From Candidatus Altimarinota bacterium (lineage in GTDB: Bacteria; Patescibacteriota; Gracilibacteria; 1-14-2-50-48-13), in assembly GCA_046314355.1 (NCBI GenBank), contig JBKBWQ010000001.1, positions 224,001 through 288,000 on the forward strand: a stretch of 64,000 nt of DNA. Reading direction: 5' to 3'. Shown piece by piece: positions 60,725 through 64,000 of the stretch. The stretch's first letter is position 1. Each line of letters begins with the position of its first letter. Made by a program: the position numbers and the translations under genes. Under the pieces are notes generated by a model that was not told the DNA's origin, did no database searches, and was given only the letters and a program-made list of their open reading frames with translations.

Positions 60725-61703
60725 CAATCTCTTTGGCTGCCTGTTCTTCTTTTAGTATTGTCTCCAAAATCTGCTTGGCCTCATCAGGAGAACTGATCTG
60801 AACAAGCTGATTTCGGTATGTGGAAGCTCCATGAACTCCTCTTACATAAGATGCGAGATGTTTTCTCATTTCCAGCATTCCCTTGAATCCTTTTGTTTCC
60901 CAGGCAGCATCAAGATGCGTAAAAATAGCGGGCATTTTCTCTTCAAAGGACATTTCAAGACTGCTCCATTTTTTCCCGTCATAAAGAAAATCTGCTACTT
61001 CTTTCACTAACCAAGGATTTCCAAAGGTTGCTCTACCTATCATGACACCATCAAGATTTCCTATTTTTTCCTCAGTACTCTGCCAGCTCTTAATATCTCC
61101 ATTTCCCATCACAGTAATCGGGACTGCTTTTTTTAGTTCGTAGATAGCATCCCAGTGTGCTTCTCCCTTAAATGCCTGCTTATAAGTACGTCCGTGAATC
61201 GTAATATGGTCTAATCCTGCATCTACAAGCCGCTGAACGAAGGGAATGAGCTTCGTGTCATCTTCCCAGCCAAGACGTGTTTTTACTGAAACTGGAATCC
61301 GTACTGTTGCTTTCATCCGTGAGACAATCTCGCAGGCAAGATCTATATTCTGCATAAGAGCAGATCCATGCATGGAATTCACAACTTTCTTTGCAGGACA
61401 TCCCATATTGACATCAACTGCATCGGCTCCGGCATTTTGTACATATAACGCAGCCTTTGCTAAAATCTCAGGATCCTTTCCAAAGATCTGAACCACAAGA
61501 GGGGATTCTGCCTTCTTTAATTTTAAAGCTTCTAGCACTGGCTTTGCTCCATGTGCAATGGCATCTGATGAGAGAAACTCAGTAAATACAACTGCTCGAG
61601 GCTCAATAGCTCTGACTAGGAGTCTAAATGCCTGATCTGTGTAGCCGTCCATAGGAGCGAGCGCAACCATTGGCTTTGCAAGATCCTTCCAAAAATTATT
61701 CAT
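60693..61703 (-). CDS. dusB: tRNA-dihydrouridine synthase
   Basis: LAPMDG, QIFG, DVNMGCP, HGRT, GNGDI, GVMIGRA..GNPW. Confidence 0.93.
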   Translation of the reverse strand: MNNFWKDLAKPMVALAPMDGYTDQAFRLLVRAIEPRAVVFTEFLSSDAIAHGAKPVLEALKLKKAESPLVVQIFGKDPEILAKAALYVQNAGADAVDVNMGCPAKKVVNSMHGSALMQNIDLACEIVSRMKATVRIPVSVKTRLGWEDDTKLIPFVQRLVDAGLDHITIHGRTYKQAFKGEAHWDAIYELKKAVPITVMGNGDIKSWQSTEEKIGNLDGVMIGRATFGNPWLVKEVADFLYDGKKWSSLEMSFEEKMPAIFTHLDAAWETKGFKGMLEMRKHLASYVRGVHGASTYRNQLVQISSPDEAKQILETILKEEQAAKEIATAAVMPEVI

Positions 61704-61874
61704 AGATATTCAAAAACTGAAAAGTGATGTTAGTGTACTGAAATAATAGAAAAGTTCAAATAATATTTATTTCTCAAACTAATATATAAAATTCCAAATT
61801 ACTAAATATTGCATTCTCTCAGAATATAGAGTACAAAAAGTGCAAATAAAAATTATAAGCAAAGAGGAAACATA

Positions 61875-62333
61875 ATGCTATTACATACGCAAGTACTTGT
61901 CAGTTCAAAAGAAATGCAGGATATTTTATCGGTGATAAAAAGAAGAGCACTTCTGGATAAGAAAGAATTTATAGCAAAAGCATTGGGGTTAGTGATATTT
62001 ATCCATCAGGAATCAATTGATAAAAAAATTTTAATTCGAACTGAGGGAAATGTAATTTCTATAATCCCTTTTGATGAAGAAAGGTTTAGATCTGAAACCA
62101 GAAATGCTAAAAAAATTATAACTGTATCGATGATAGATACACAATATCAAGTTATAGAAAATGTCGCTTCTTATTATGATTGCATTTATATAATGACGCT
62201 TCTGACTATAGCTATTAGATTACTTTTGTGGGTAGACCGTGAATCATCTAATGGTGATATAATTATCGAAACAAATAAAGGAGAAACTATAGCAAATGTT
62301 TTTTTGAGAGAAATACCAGAAAAATATTTTTAA
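61875..62333 (+). CDS. Hypothetical protein, possibly tandem ribbon-helix-helix DNA-binding domains
   Basis: Internal duplication: FIAKALGLVIFIHQES..KILI and LLTIAIRLLLWVDRES..DIII. Confidence 0.55.
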   Translation: MLLHTQVLVSSKEMQDILSVIKRRALLDKKEFIAKALGLVIFIHQESIDKKILIRTEGNVISIIPFDEERFRSETRNAKKIITVSMIDTQYQVIENVASYYDCIYIMTLLTIAIRLLLWVDRESSNGDIIIETNKGETIANVFLREIPEKYF

Positions 62334-62357
62334 ACCTAATTCAAAAAAATACATAGC

Positions 62358-62381
62358 AAGGACATACATATGTATGTCCTT
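62358..62381. terminator. Perfect 24-bp palindrome, probable terminator
   Basis: AAGGACATACATATGTATGTCCTT followed by CTTTT. Confidence 0.6.
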
Positions 62382-62458
62382 CTTTTATCAAAACAACTTC
62401 ATGAATAAAAACTGGATTAGCATTCAGTATCAACTTTACTGGAATGATAATCTGAATT

Positions 62459-62899
62459 TTATTTTTCAATATTTATAAATCTGGATGCATTCTCTAAAGA
62501 AATTGTTATTGCTATTTCTGTAATTTTTAAATCCCTAAAAATAGGTTTAATCACCTCCGGCCACTCAATAAAAAACAATCCTTTTCTCGCCTGCAAAAGA
62601 TCTATAATTCCATATGACTCGATACTCTCGCTATCTTCGACTCTGTAGAGATCAAGATGATGTAAGTATTCTGCTTCAGCTGGAATTGTATAACTTCTCA
62701 AGAGGGCATAGGTTGGACTCTGCACATGATCCTTTACTCCTAGATACTTTGCTACAAACTGTGTAAACGTAGTCTTTCCTGCAGCGAGGTCACCTGTAAG
62801 CGTCACCACACAAAAAGGTTCTGCCTGTATTTCTTCGGCAAAACCTTTTGCAAACTGTTCTAATTCTTCAAGGGAATGAATAAGAATATTACGCTTCAT
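62459..62899 (-). CDS. tsaE: tRNA threonylcarbamoyladenosine biosynthesis ATPase
   Basis: GDLAAGKTTF, VQSPTY, HLDLYR, IEWP. Confidence 0.96.
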   Translation of the reverse strand: MKRNILIHSLEELEQFAKGFAEEIQAEPFCVVTLTGDLAAGKTTFTQFVAKYLGVKDHVQSPTYALLRSYTIPAEAEYLHHLDLYRVEDSESIESYGIIDLLQARKGLFFIEWPEVIKPIFRDLKITEIAITISLENASRFINIEK

Positions 62900-63461
62900 C
62901 CTCTACAACGTCAGCTTCTGACTGCGGGATAACTGCCTCAATGGCACCCCAGTCTGAATCATGGTTGATCGGCACGATAAGACTTACCTTATCACCAACT
63001 TCACCTTTGAAATAAGTCACGGATGCTAAAAGCACAGTGTAGAGTTTTCCTTCTGCTATAACCTTATATTTACCGTCATCATAGGTAAGGGTACCCATAA
63101 TATGCTTCTTTTCGATAGGTCCAATAATCTTATACATCAATCGTCCATCTTCCATGATAGTAAGCTTGAGTACATCACCCGCCACGAGTTTTGACTTACT
63201 TGCATAGTTTGCAGGTACCACATAGGTACGTTTATCTGCACCAATCATTTTCTCACCATCAAAGACACCTTCGATAATTTTTTCATTTCCAAGCTCCTGA
63301 GGTGAATTGAGATCCTCGAGTGCCTCTTCCATTTTTTTCTTTTTTGTAAGAGATGTATCTCCTACAGTCTCATGGAGAATCTGTTTTGCAGAACGAATAC
63401 TTGCTTCTGCACTTTCAATCATTTCAAGTGCGAGAGCAATTTTTGCGAGTTGTGAAGCCAC
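62889..63461 (-). CDS. Conserved hypothetical protein of CPR bacteria (GTG start)
   Basis: IIEGVFDG..M, YVVPANYASKSKLVAGD.LKL, VLLASVTYFK, WGAIE; overlaps the tsaE start. Confidence 0.8.
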   Translation of the reverse strand: MASQLAKIALALEMIESAEASIRSAKQILHETVGDTSLTKKKKMEEALEDLNSPQELGNEKIIEGVFDGEKMIGADKRTYVVPANYASKSKLVAGDVLKLTIMEDGRLMYKIIGPIEKKHIMGTLTYDDGKYKVIAEGKLYTVLLASVTYFKGEVGDKVSLIVPINHDSDWGAIEAVIPQSEADVVEDEA

Positions 63462-63703
63462 GGATTTTTTTATTTATAGAATAAATCGGTATGTGTTGAA
63501 TATGAAACTGAACTTTACCTATACAGTATATCAGACTACATCTTTTCTTGTCTTGAAAATATAGTTGCCCCAACATGGTTTAGTTATTTAGTAATAAACA
63601 AAAAAATGTGAATGCAAAAAGCTAAGGAAATATGTGAAGAATTTGACTTTTTAGCGTTTGAAAGATAGAATTTCCCCTGCTATTTCCTAGTCATTCTTGA
63701 TCG

Positions 63704-64000
63704 ATGAAATTTTCTGACCTCGTACAAAATCTTGGAGCGATAAACTCCAAGGAAATCCGCCAAATCATCATGAGACTGGGAATCCCGGTAAGTGAGACTG
63801 CGCGTACAATTCCGGATGAATATGTAAATGAAATCATCGCAGAATATAAGGAAGCACACGCACCTCTTCTTAGACGATCTGTAAGTAGTGATTCAAGTGT
63901 TGAGGAAGTACGACCGACAAAGGAAAACCTTTTTGCACTCTCTTCAACGACTATTACGAGTAGTAAAGAAGAAGAAGATGCAAAGAAAAAAGAAGAAGCG
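63704..64000 (+). CDS. infB: Probable translation initiation factor IF-2 N-terminus (3'-truncated; absent from the ORF track)
   Basis: Open frame MKFSDLVQNLGAINSKEIRQIIMRLGIPVSETARTIPDEYVNEII resembles the IF2_N domain, followed by a charged linker. Confidence 0.6.
   Translation, partial: MKFSDLVQNLGAINSKEIRQIIMRLGIPVSETARTIPDEYVNEIIAEYKEAHAPLLRRSVSSDSSVEEVRPTKENLFALSSTTITSSKEEEDAKKKEEA

Noticed and set aside
62889-63461. Ribosomal protein L7/L12 label sometimes given to similar CPR proteins
   Set aside because: No L7/L12 C-terminal motifs are present, so it is kept as a conserved hypothetical protein.

Overview
AT-rich bacterial chromosomal window read with genetic code 11 (TGA ends miaA, ruvC and yebC). 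Gene content suggests a Patescibacteria/CPR organism, probably Peregrinibacteria-like: SLH proteins, short HrcA, scattered housekeeping genes, scarce Shine-Dalgarno sites and many large orphan proteins. This taxonomy is an inference. Housekeeping genes: rlmD, miaA, fmt, dnaX, pheT, ruvC, eno, gap, malic enzyme, fusA, manC, yebC, hrcA, ftsH, tmk, rnhB, trxA, rpsA, a pseudouridine synthase, dusB, tsaE, the 5' end of infB, tRNA-Gly(GCC) and tRNA-Val(TAC). Highlights: (1) a five-gene block beside tRNA-Gly with three RelA/SpoT homologues (a stand-alone HD hydrolase coupled to an EgtD-like methyltransferase, a full-length Rel with a dead synthetase domain, and a divergent stand-alone synthetase with a small upstream gene); (2) an 11-kb run of large orphan proteins with small acidic proteins interleaved, downstream of gap; (3) two families of dispersed palindromic intergenic repeats; (4) a candidate multi-hairpin sRNA upstream of tRNA-Val; (5) a CIRCE operator in front of ftsH; (6) several putative host-surface or peptidoglycan hydrolases. 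All family calls come from motif recognition by eye; no database searches were run.
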